A stretch of 64,000 bases of DNA, taken from the NCBI GenBank assembly GCA_950097015.1, contig CATNEN010000005.1:5580001-5644000 (forward strand), written 5' to 3'. The DNA is from Macrostomum hystrix (taxonomy: Eukaryota; Animalia; Platyhelminthes). Both the position numbers and the translations under genes were made by a program. A model generated the notes under the pieces. It made no database searches. It had not been told where the DNA came from and saw only the letters and a program-made list of their open reading frames with translations. Shown piece after piece: positions 1-11,545 of this stretch (position 1 is its first letter; each line of letters starts with the position of its first letter).

Positions 1-138
1 ATGATTCAGACTCTGGTTTAGCAATGATTCAAACTCCGGTTTAGCCATGATTGAAACTCTGGTTTTGCCATGATTCAGACTCTGGTTTAGCCATGATTCA
101 AACTCTGGTTTAGCCATGGTTCAAACTCTGGTTTAGCC
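1..138. repeat. 23-bp tandem satellite (consensus GCCATGATTCAAACTCTGGTTTA)
   Basis: Direct tandem units without spacers; the same satellite resumes at 19315. Confidence 0.95.
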
Positions 139-141
139 TAG

Positions 142-161
142 ATCCCACCCCGGTGCCACCA
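142..161 (-). promoter_or_regulatory. Extra primer-binding-site stub outside the 3' LTR of element A1
   Basis: ATCCCACCCCGGTGCCACCA followed by TT and the LTR, identical to 16962-16983. Confidence 0.85.
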
Positions 162-163
162 TT

Positions 164-2232
164 TGAAATGGTTAGGGCTTTTGTAAGCCGATGACCGCCC
201 TCATGAAAAGATAGGAGTGTGGAAAACGACGGTAGAGTCGGAAGGTCGATCGCGCTGCTGCCGCGAGTTGTCGCGGAGAGGGATGAGATGAAGGGAGGGA
301 TGAAGGGAGAGATGAAGGGTGAGATGAGGCGGTACAAAGGATGCAAGGAGCGGTCCTATTGGCCTCAGGCTGGCCAGTTCCACTCGTCCCATAGGCCACA
401 GGCATGACTGCCGTGCCTACCCCTAGCAATGCTCGAACCCGGCTAAAAGTCTAAAGTGAGGCATCGGACTATCCGTAGACAGATAGGACAGGGCTAGAGA
501 GCCTACTGTCGTCAGTAGCATGTAAATAACCGACTCCTAACCTTGGTAGCGGTGGTCGAAACGGCCCAGGCTCTTGTCACAGAAATGCGGAAAGGCTATT
601 GGCAAAGCGGAAAAAGATCTCGGGTAGCGCCACCACCCAATGCGCCTACGTTGCCACCGCAGACATTTGGGAACTTGGGTCCCCGGAGTACACAGCTCCC
701 AGTTCATCACACAGATCTAGACAAGCCGAAAAATAGGGCATTCTGCAACTTCCGTTTTAGACTGGGGTGAGAGCCCCAGAATGGATCGAGACACGCCTCA
801 ACAGGGGATTCCTGAATTCGCGCTACAGGGGTCTAGAAAGGTGGTACTGAGAACTCGAATGAAAATCCATAGCCGGAATCCTACTCATGAAACATCAGAC
901 ACATTCCGTACATTAGATTGCAGCCTACACATTAGGTAACTAACAAATCCGAATCTGTGTGAGATGAGGAAATCAGAGGCAGGAGAGATTAAGCAGAACA
1001 CTGGCTGAGTGATTACGCAAGCGAAAGACTATTTAGACCTCGCTCCCGCCCCTGTGGCGGTAGTTGCGAGAGGAGGGGGGAAAGAAGGGGAACTCCATTG
1101 GCAAGGGAGTTTGACACGTACCCCTTTGATCTGCCGGGGAGAGAGAGAAGCCCGCCAAGGAATCCCCCGCACCCCAGCAGAGGTGCACATGCTACGCTCC
1201 GCATCTGCCCGCGAATCCCTAGCTCCATATTACTCTTGTGCGCGCTCACAGTTGTCTTCCTGCCGCAGCCTTCAGCTCGGCATCACCAGAGCCCACCCCC
1301 TAGGAGATTAGCCACTCATCTCTGAGGGCTGTCTAATAGATAAAATAAACATAGAGAATAAAGCAGAGTGAGTTTAAATTGTTATTAAAGATTTGCCTAT
1401 GGTTAAAGATTTGGCGATAGTGCTAATTTATTAAGCCAAACAGTCCAAATGCCCTTTCCCCACTAAAGTGCCGCCTAATTAAAGAAAAGTCCCTTAGGAC
1501 TAACAATTACAAACCGCTGCGCGGGTTACTTATCTGGATGCTGATTCGGCCGCGTGCTGCAATCCTGTAGCTCTCGGGGAAGGGATAGGGCAAAACAGCA
1601 AGGCAGAGAAGGGGAAACTGCTGCGAGTTGGCAGGGGCCAACACACTGGGAGCACAGTGGCTCAATTTAGAGCTCACCTAAAGAGGTGGCTTGCGCTTAG
1701 GGGAATGGAAACAGGCAATGGGCCTGTACTAGCTGCACGGAGCTCAAGCTCAAGGGTCTAAGCCCTACTTGGGTCCGGAAAGTGCTGTGGGTCCGGTGGG
1801 AGTCCGGCCCGGCAAAGAGATAGGTCCGGGGAAAAGGTAAGGTAAGGGGAAGGGTTCTTCTAAGGGCAGCGCAGCGCGCTTCCTTAAATAGTCTTGCAGC
1901 ACGCCAACCCCGACATCCATCAAAATAACCCACATTCGCGCCCGCCTGTCAACGGGGAATCGAAGCGGCGATGGCCGCCCCGATTACCCAATGAACCGAC
2001 GGCGAGAACCGACAGATGCTCCTCGAGAGCAGCCGCCGGCAGACGGCCAATAATTGTTACTCCGCCGGGACAATGGGAAGCGCAGGCGCCGACCTGCCTA
2101 CAGTGACATTTACATGTATCTAAAGGAGGGAGGTCATAAAGTCGAGCTGGGCTCGAATACTGTAAAGAAGTGGGGACATGAAGAATTAATGATCACTCAT
2201 AATGCCCGAGTGATTCCCAATATCTGATCGCG
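164..2232 (-). repeat. 3' LTR of A1, main part (continues at 11296-11522)
   Basis: Near-identical to 16984-19052. Minus-strand TATTTAAG at 1883-1890 and AATAAA at 1427-1432; both are conserved in A2. Confidence 0.92.
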
Positions 2233-2257
2233 CAAAAAGCACAAAAGTACTCAGGCG

Positions 2258-2890
2258 GTGCCAATCACTGCGGAAGCGGCGACACAAGCACGCAGGCCAA
2301 TTCTGAGCAGTGAGAGCAGCGGCTCAGACGAGGCACAAGTGGATCCGGGCGAGGATCTGTGGGCAGCCCTACAGCAGGGGATGCCCTCAGACGATGAGGG
2401 AGTTGCAGACCCCGACTCCGACCACAGCAATGAGTCCGAAATCAAAGGCCCAGCAGCACCTCCGGCTGCGGAGCTGCCCCCGCCTCGAGACTCATCCTCG
2501 GGGGAGAGCCCAGACGACCTGGGAGCGGCCGCTCGTCCGAGACGGCGCAGAGGGGGTGCCCAGCGGCGTCGGCAGCGACGTGCCCAATGGGAGGGCAGAG
2601 CTTCAGACCGTGAAGCGGCTACACAATTCGTGGCCGAATCGTTGGCACGTGCCGCCCGGGGCCAACTGGATGAAGGCTGGCCTGCCGCAGTACAGAGAGC
2701 TTTCGCCGGCGAAGAGAGATCTACGCGGCGAGAAATGGCTCAGGAGGCAGCAGCGCGGGCAGAGGTGGCCATCAATGGCCCGGCCAGGACGCCACACCAG
2801 TTAATGGCCCGATATGGCCTGGTCATGATTGAACTGGTAGAAGGATGGTGGCTGCCTGAGGCCATGCTGCGCATGTCAGCCTACTATTAG
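2258..2890 (+). CDS. ORF-B, orphan acidic/Arg-rich protein, 5'-truncated copy
   Basis: Colinear homolog of 40053-40961 (SSGSDEAQ, RRRRGGAQRRRQRRAQW, LMARYG, WWLPEA). Confidence 0.75.
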   Translation: MPITAEAATQARRPILSSESSGSDEAQVDPGEDLWAALQQGMPSDDEGVADPDSDHSNESEIKGPAAPPAAELPPPRDSSSGESPDDLGAAARPRRRRGGAQRRRQRRAQWEGRASDREAATQFVAESLARAARGQLDEGWPAAVQRAFAGEERSTRREMAQEAAARAEVAINGPARTPHQLMARYGLVMIELVEGWWLPEAMLRMSAYY

Positions 2891-4403
2891 TTCATGCATG
2901 ACTATCCAGTAGCGCCACAATTCGTGTATGCGCCGGTGCTTTGTTCCTTTGCATGTGCTATTATTAGTTTTTATTTGTTGTTGTCTTTTGTATGATCTTT
3001 CTGGTTATTAGCCTTGTAGGGTCCTTGCTAGTTTTTGTTTGTCTAAGCGCCATGAGCATTTTATTTTCACCTTGATGTTCTTGGCCTACGTTTTATTTTG
3101 CTACATAAGGTTACTGTTGTAGTGTGCTTTGTCCTTGTATACTTGTTTATCCAGCAGTTAATGCGCCACGTACACTTGTTTGTTTATGCGCCATGGATAA
3201 TTTTAATATGATCGCAACGTCTGTTCATGGCTGATTTGCTTAGTGTGACAATTACGTGCGTAAATACAAGGGATAAAAAAGGTGCTTACCTGAATTTGGT
3301 TTAAGTGCGGCTGACGGCCAGCCGGTGTTGACCGTCATCCTTTAGCTGGAGGAGAATGATGTGCTGTAGACTGCTGAGCAGCCTCCAGGCAATCTGTGAG
3401 TCAGGCTGTTCTAGGTCTGTGGGAGGGCTAGGGTTGGTTGTTAGTGTTTCCCGTGCACTGTCACCTCCGCTCGCCACCCCCTCCGCTCTCTCTCTCTCTC
3501 TTTCCAGCTTTGTCTGCGCACTGAATCACATTGCACACCATGGTGCAATCGCTTAAGTTCGGAAGACTGGCAGAACAACGCTCAAATGCTCCTACTATAA
3601 GTAGAGCACAGTCCGACGAATCCTTGAGATGGTGTTAGTGTCATGGTAGCACTATTTCTTTATATTGACGGCACTTTCTTGTCTCTTGTCTTCATGCGTC
3701 GGTTTCGAACTCCTGACCTTCCATCATTTTCCTTAGGCACAGTTCCAAGTGCAGGCGACGAGAAATATCCAGACAGAACCGTCCTCCAAGCTAGAGCTCA
3801 ATTCTCTAGTACGGTTTTAGGAGCTCGTCAGCTATATTATACTCTTGAGAGTATCCTCCCCTAGGGCCTAGGCTAGTTAGTTTCTCCTCTTCTCCTCCTT
3901 CCACAGGAGGTTTTTTTCTCTCCTCTTAGAGGAGCCCTCTCTCCCTGCGCCTTGCCGCGCCCCTTGCCCCCCTGCCCCTGCGCCTTGCTGCGCCCCTGCC
4001 TCTCTGCCCCCTGCGCCCTGCTGCGCCCCCTGCGCTTTCGTGCGCCCCTTGGCCCACGCCTTGCTGCGTCCCCTGCCTGTGTCCTGTGCCCTCTGCCCCC
4101 CCTGTCCGTGGAATACGCTTTCCCGTGCGTACCTCCACCGCGTTAGCTAACCCATCGCCTGCGCTCGGACCCCTGTCTTCTTCCTTCACTCTGCTTTCTA
4201 GTACTCTCTTTGCTCACCATATCCTGCATCACCTTTAACTTCGCTTCTCGACCGACGGACTCTCAGCATTTAGCAAATAAGAAATAAGCAGTTTTATAAG
4301 GCATTCTATTGCAGTTTTAAGTTTTATAAATATTACCTACAGTAGTACATACAGTTTTAAGTTTTATTTTTATTAAATTACAAGAAAAGTAGAATAGTTT
4401 AGC

Positions 4404-6751
4404 ATGCATCAAAATAAACAACAACAACAACAAAAGCAGCAGCAGCAGCAGAAGGACAAACGCCAATGCCAGTCGGCCAACGCCACCGCTAAGGCGACTC
4501 TAGAGCCTGATGACAAAAAGGCCAGGCGACAATCGGGAATACCGAAGCCAACTGACGATGCCACAACTATTCCGAAGAACAGCAGCGCTCCGGTGACCGT
4601 AAGTCCCATGGACACCTCCGACAACTCCTCAAATAAGGCACCTTCTGTAGAACAGGCACAGCCGTCCAAAGGTGTTCAATCTGTTCAATCTGACTCTTCT
4701 TCACAAATTCAACTCCAAGCCTACGACAGTCCACTCATCTCAACAAAAGTTTTTTTTCACAAAACCCCTCATCGGCGACTCATGCCCAATCTCGTTTTAT
4801 CCGCACGCCTTCAAAGACATTGCCAACGATCTGCTCACGACTCTCACAGCCGACATTCTGCCTCTCGCCTCACGCAATCACACCAATGGACGAGCTGAAC
4901 CTCGAAAAATCTTCTGGTACGGCCCACCTTATACGTACTCTGGTGAGACAATCCAGGGCAACTCCAACTGGCATCCAGCAATCTCCAATCTTGCAAGTCT
5001 CCTACACACTCAATTAGGCCTTCCTGCCTTCAATTCTTGTCTTGTAAACTTCTATGAAACAGGTGCCGACTCAATTGGTTATCACTGATGACGAACCTGA
5101 GCTCGGCAAAAATCCAACCATCGCTTCCATCTCCATCGGTGCTCCACGCGAATTCCGCATCCGCTCCAAATCATCTGGCATCACTCTCTTCACACAAACT
5201 CTGCCACACGGGTCGCTGCTCATCATGAAAGGGGACACCCAAACTCATACACAGCACGCTCTTCTTCGTGATCCATCTGTCAAAGACCTCCGCATCAACC
5301 TCACTTTCCGTGTCACCTCACCAGCCATTCATGACATCACCATTCTACAAGGCCAAGGTATCTCTGACCCTGAGTCAGCTCCTCCAGTTCCAAATGAGGT
5401 AGTTCCTCCGGTAGTTGATCCGACCAACTCCGAGGCCGCTGTAGCCGCTGCCGCAACATCGGAAGGTGGCTCCTTCCATTCGGTCGCCGGCTCGCGGCAC
5501 TCATCACCTCGCAGTCAAACGCAGCCTCAAGCCAAGATCGCGCCAGTGCTGTTCACCTTCAGCAACTTTCTCCCAGACGAGCTCCGGTTTGAGTTTCTGA
5601 AGTTTCTGAAGGCAAACTTCCCTGAAATCCGCATTCGCTCAGTCCAGCGCTGTTATCTAACGACCGGTTTTAAAGTTTTCGCGGTCGATCACAAGGGGGC
5701 TAACCACCTCCTGTCTGACGATCTCAAGACCTCCACGATAGACGGTCAAGGTGTTGAGCGCCGCCTGCCCTTGCGCAAGCCGGAAGCCCCACCAAATGCC
5801 AAGCCTAGACTCCCGACCAGTATTTCTGCCCCGAGAAGCCACTCGTTCATCATAAAGAATGTCAATCGAGAGATCGACCTGTCAGAATTCCTGGAACGCA
5901 TCAAATAATCCGAACCTCGCATTAGTGGTGTGGTACGCATCAAGTCTGCCGCAACCAATGAGCCCACCACTCTTGTTCGAGCATTCACGCTGAATGACGG
6001 AACTCTGTCCAGATGTCTCACCCAAGGAATAAAAATTGGGTACTTCCTGTACAAATGCGAGGAGTCACGCGCACCACCACCATTGCGAGCGACACAATGC
6101 CATAACTGCCAGGCCTTTGGCCACCTGGCCAGACAGTGTACTCGAGAGTCGCGCTGCCGGACCTGTGGCTACTCACATGAGCCAAATCAAGCTTACCAGG
6201 TTGAGAACCAGCGCTGTCCAAACTGCCGCGGACCTCACCGATCAACGGACAAGAACTGTCCTGCTTATATAGCCGCGAACCAGCGAGTCCAAACCTGGGT
6301 CCAGCGAAATCGACCCCAACTCGCTCGCCAAACGCCATTGGCTAATCCACCAGCCAACCAATCAAACTCCTTGCTCCAGGCACCAATCGGACACTTGCCT
6401 TCTGGTATTGGCCAACAACCCTTAGGCATCCGGCCGGGTCAGCCTTGCCTTAGCCAACCACAACAGACCTACGCCAGCATAGTTTCGGACAGTAGACTGG
6501 AGGCGGCGACCAGGCCCACCCGCCAGTCGTACAGTGGCCCAAAAGTGAGCAGCGGCGAGTTGCTACAGGCCGTTGCCTGCCTGCTAGTCCACTTCGCCTA
6601 CTCCGCTCCAGAACAGCGTAGCGTCGCTAGCCTGGTAGAGACCGCGGCCAAATTGATCGAGACAATCACTGGCTGGAAGTCCCCGGAGCTGACGACAGCC
6701 GTCATAGCGGAACGGTGTGAAAACCTAAAAGAAAATTTGTTAAACAATTAA
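4404..6751 (+). pseudogene. LINE ORF1: Q-rich N-terminus, AlkB 2OG-Fe(II) dioxygenase, RRM-like segments, CCHC knuckles
   Basis: AlkB motifs FNSCLVNFY, IGYH-DDE, H-ALLR, RINLTFR; knuckles CHNCQAFGHLARQC and CPNCRGPH. Two frameshifts (~4750, ~5085) and an in-frame TAA at 5906. Confidence 0.88.
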
Positions 6752-9719
6752 ATGAAATCCATTAGAAAGTTTTTATTAGCAAAGCCAAAAGTAAAACTTA
6801 AAACCCCCCACCACTCCTACAAAAAACTAAAAAGGCGAGAGTAAAAATAATAATAACAATTTCAAGGTAGATGAACTCACCATTCTCCACCTAAACTGCA
6901 ATAACATCCTTAACAAAATCTGGGAACTCAATGACTTCCTGAGAAGTCCATCTGTAGACATTGCCCTCTTTTCAGAAACAGCACTCACTAACACAAACAT
7001 AGTCTTTTTCCCTGGCTACTCCACCATTCGGTTGGATACGCCGCACTGCACCCGAGGTCTTCTCGTAGCCTATAGAGAATATATTAAACTTTCGGAAGTC
7101 AAAATCTCTTTCGACAACATTAACCACGAAACTATCTCTTTCAAAGTCCAGACTAACGATCCAAAGCTAGACCTTCTTAACGTCTCGCTTATATACAGGA
7201 ACCCGAGGCACGACAACCTCAACCTCACCCTCCTCAGTTCCCTCCTAACCAATCCCCACAGTTTAATTCTGGGGGACTTAAACTGTCGCTTCAGTGCCCT
7301 TGAGGGTCAAAGCGACGAAAACCCCGCCGGAAGGCAACTCCTTAGATGGCTATCCAACCATGACAGTGCGCCCATCATTCTAAATGAACCAGGCGTCCCC
7401 ACCCGCTACCAAAAAAGATCTGGCAACCTCAAGGGAAATATACTAGACCTAGGTCTATGCTCCCCAGACCTAGCACCTTTTATTACCGACTTCCAAATAC
7501 TAGATGATCTTGGCAGCGACCACCTACCCCTCCTAACAAAAATCGCTGTCAAACCCCAGAACAAACAACCAATCAAACCACCCATGTGCTATAATAGAAC
7601 TGACTGGAAACAGTTCCACCTCACCCTCGAAGAAAATATCTCAGCCATCTGGGATAACAACTTTAACCCAAAAACCCCTGCCGAAATTGATAACTCCATC
7701 GAAATGATGAATGATTTAATTCACCTTACCATAGATAAAGTAGTCCCAAGGTCCTCTCCCAGAGAGACCCTCCCTCCCAACATTATCCAACTCATTAAAG
7801 CCCGAAGGAGATTTAGAAAACTTTACCACACTACCAGAATAGATGACTTCCGAATCCACGCCAACAACATGGCCACTCAAATTAGGAAAGAAATATGGCA
7901 CTTTCGCAGCCAAAAATTCAATAACTTATGCGAAAAAATTGCAAAACTTAGCATCAACCCCTCCAACCCCAAGTTCTGGAAAGATATCAGAATCATCACG
8001 GGCACTCAGACCCAAATCACCCATTTCCCTTCCCTCACCTATCTCAACAAAACCGCCATCACTGACAAGGACAAAGCCAACTTGTTGGCTGAAGCCTTAT
8101 CAGACAAAATGAAACCCGAACCCAGCTCAAATAACAGACTCCGAACCAAGATCGCCAAACACATCACAAATCATCCAAACTTCAAGCCTCTAAATCACCT
8201 TGAAATCCTTAATACAAATGATCTAAATTATCTCACCGCACCCATTCAGATAGCAGACGTCACTTGGGAACTCGCCCACCTTAGGTCGGGAGGAGCCCAA
8301 GGACCCGACAATATTCCAAATGTAGTGCTAAAACGGGGCTTGAGCCCCACCGCAATTATCATCCTCACCAAAATCCTAGACACCTGTCTCTCCCTAGGAT
8401 ACTTCCCCACCATATGGAAAAAAGCTCGTCTAACGATGCTTCCCAAACCTGAAAAACCCAAAAATGACCCACTTAGCTATAGACCAATCACTCTTACCTC
8501 TTGCCTAGGTAAGCTGTTTGAAAAAATTCTTAAAAAAAAGACTATGCAAATTCCTAGAAGAAAACAACATACTAGGACACAATCAATGTGCCTACCGGGA
8601 AAAAACCCTGTGCCTACGACAACCTCGCCAGACTTGCCCAAGACATCTATGATGCCCGAAACAGAAATAGGTCCACCATAGGCGTCTTCTTTGACATCGA
8701 AGGTGCCTTTGACAAAGTATGGCATGATGCCCTGAGGTATCGCCTACACAAAATCAGACTTCCCATTCCCTTTTCTAGGGTCCTCTCAAACTACCTCGAA
8801 AACAGAAAAATCTCAGTCAGAGTCAATAACGAATTCAGCGATGAATTCACCCCAGATGCAGGCGTCCCACAAGGCGGCGTCCTAAGCCCTGTCCTCTTCC
8901 TAATCTTTGTAGCCACCATGCCCAGACCCAAAGACATCAGAGTCAGAGCCAGCCAGTATGCAGATGACACTGCAATATGGAGCCAGTCGCGAAAGGCCCA
9001 TCTTGCAGCCAAATTATTACAAGATTACATCCAAATTTTTCACAAATGGCTGAAAAAAATATGGTATCAAAGTAAATCCCCACAAAAGCAAAGCAATCAA
9101 ATTCCCCACTCAACACAGCTTCGGCCAACCCACTCCCATCACACTAGACAACACAATCATTCCCTACCACACTAACGTTAAGTTTCTTGGCATCCAACTG
9201 GATACCAAACTTAACTTCAACGCCCAAATCAACAGCCGTATAAAACAATGTGAAATCCGCCTTTTACAACTATACAAATTAGCACATCTAACAAATGCCA
9301 CTAACAAATCCCTGATTAGAATCTACAGAGCATACATAGAGAGCATGATATGTTATGCAGCACCAATTATGGTGTTGCTAAACAAAACCCAAATGAATAG
9401 GCTACAAATCATCCAAAATAGAGCACTCAGAATTTGCCATGGGGCACCCAAATATTGCTGCACAAAATACTTACACAAAATCTCGAACATGGAGCCGGTA
9501 AAGACCAGACTTGAAAACCTGGCTTCTTCCTGGTTCCTAAAAGGAAAGATAAACAAAATACATGGTCTAGATATCATTCCACATGACATTAGTCTCCTCA
9601 CTGGCACAAACACCCCTCTCTTCACTAGGCTATACAAACTATGTCAAACAAAAGGCCAAATAAAAACTCAAAACCAAAATAACTGTAAGACTGGCTGGCT
9701 CTGCCTAGACTCTGCCTAA
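6752..9719 (+). pseudogene. LINE ORF2: APE endonuclease plus reverse transcriptase, no RNase H
   Basis: ATG directly after the ORF1 stop; motifs LHLNCN, SET, GDLN, SDH, YRPITL, FDIEGAFDKV, GVPQGGVLSP, YADD. Several frameshifts, mostly in A-runs. Confidence 0.95.
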
Positions 9720-11522
9720 ACCCTGTCTCAAATATAGACCCTCGATAACACCCACCTAAACAATCACTTTTGGCTTTGCTGAGGAGTGTTTGGATTAAAA
9801 GAGTAATGTAACGGTTTAAATCTATCTTACCAGAAGCGAGCAGATTGCGTTTCAGCGTAGTCCGTAAGATATCTGAATGAGAAATCTCTTATCAAACTTC
9901 AATAAGCTTAGCTATATTATACCGCTCACTCTATGAGTCGAAAAACCTAATTTTCGTAAGGTCACTTCTGCTAAGATGGAAAAAAATAACTTAAATTACT
10001 ATATTTTGCACCAGTATACTGCATAACTTGCAAAAGTAATAGAAATCACGCATCCTGTCTAAGTAAAATTGAAATTGATTGAAATAGGAAATGAAATCAA
10101 ACAACAAAAAAGCTGTGTCTCGGTTCTAGACAAATCTACCACACAAGTATGTGAATTGCAATCTTGACTGTCATCATCAAACCGAGACGTGGGACGTTCC
10201 CCGCAGTTAGAATAATCTACCACAGGTTACCAGTGAACCACAAACACTGGGCCGGTGAATGCATATAGGCGCATATCGGCTTAACTTTGTCTCCTTGGTC
10301 TGAACTGAATCAGTTATACCAGTCATATTGGAATCGGTATTTATACCCTCAAAAATTAGACCCACCACAAAGAGAATTATCTCTTTTGGTAGGGTACCAA
10401 ACTTCACTACTCACAGTAACCAGTCTCAAAAATACGAGAAATAAAAAATAAAAATCCAACAAAATCAAAAACAAAATCAAAAACAAAATCAAAACAATTT
10501 TAAATTTACTTTGTGATACAAACATACATACCTCTGCTGCTTAGGAAACTTAGGGACATAGGGACTTAATGTAAAATGTTTTAGTTTTAATTTTAGTTTT
10601 ATTTGCCTATTTTCTGCATGCTTTATTTGTCATTTGTGCACTATTTGTTTTAATTGCTTTAGTTGTTTTATTTGTTTTATTTTCTATACTGATTTACTTT
10701 CTACATATCTACACTATGAATGCTGCACTCTTTTTTACTTTTACTTATTTTTGCAAATGCCCAATACATGCTGTTTTATACACCCAAAATATTTAAAATT
10801 CGTATTCAGATCTCATGCCAAAAAATCGACCCATCCATTTTTACATTACTAACTCGAAATCATGATTCTAAATACATAATGGTGCAAGAGCCCCCGGGCT
10901 GATGCACGGGTCCTGCAGTCCGGATAGGGCTACAGGCACCCAAACGTAGCAAACAAAAATCTTGTCTTCATGCGTTTGCGATTGCGTTTGCGTCCTTTGC
11001 AATCTTTGCATCGTGTGCATCCTTTCTGCTAACATTATTGTGAAGCGAGGCCGTGTGTTGCATTTAGAAGCATAGCACATCGCCAGACTTCAGAGCAGAG
11101 AAGCAAAGTAGTGGGAATTATTGCTTGAGTCTAAATAACGTCCGAGAAAACTTAGCAATCAAAGCCTGACTACCGGGTTGTTCCACTGCGAAGAAGCATC
11201 AGAGTGTGAGGCCGGATATTCTCTCTCTCTCGGAATCTAGTTCCTGTCTTGGTTATTTTACCAATTGTGTGTGCCACGCTACCACAGGTACAACAAATAA
11301 AAGCTATGGCCGCGATCAGTCATTCCTACAGGGGTCTAGACAGATCCAGGGAGAAGGGATTCGACGGCTACTTAATTCACCGCCGCCCAAAACCCGGCCC
11401 TAAGATTAATGACCGTGTTTGCGGCCAGCTGCTATGTGGGTCGCAATAATTAGATACTTAAAAATTTGAAAAATTATGCTGGCTCACATTTCCACTCGAT
11501 TCCCGCAGCACACTCCACATCA

Positions 11523-11545
11523 CTCCACCTTCGCTCACTTTCACG
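11523..11545 (-). promoter_or_regulatory. Polypurine tract of A1
   Basis: Minus-strand GAAAGTGAGCGAAGGTGGAG abuts the LTR TG; the equivalent lies at 44082-44101. Confidence 0.75.

Larger units (their letters stand above)
3700..10959 (+). mobile_element. Full-length I/Jockey-type LINE, about 7.26 kb
   Basis: Perfect 16-bp TSD TCTTGTCTTCATGCGT at 3684-3699 and 10960-10975; A-rich 3' tail; ORF1 and ORF2. Confidence 0.95.
2233..11295. mobile_element. Element B copy 1, putative LTR-type and left-truncated; contains the LINE
   Basis: Homologous to 40290-41772 plus 52890-53060. Right terminus is ...CACAGGTACAACA. It replaces 35 bp of the A1 LTR. Confidence 0.7.

Noticed and set aside
470-560. Hammerhead ribozyme (minus-strand CUGACGA/CUGAUGA at 509-515 followed by a stem)
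   Set aside because: No GAAA core after stem II on that strand.
110-2106. Short ORFs within the family A LTRs
   Set aside because: Reading frames are not conserved between subfamilies, and many use non-ATG starts.
3332-3346. Resemblance to the reverse complement of the SSU rRNA AAAGGAATTGACGG motif
   Set aside because: Short gapped match inside a local hairpin; no other universal rRNA motifs.
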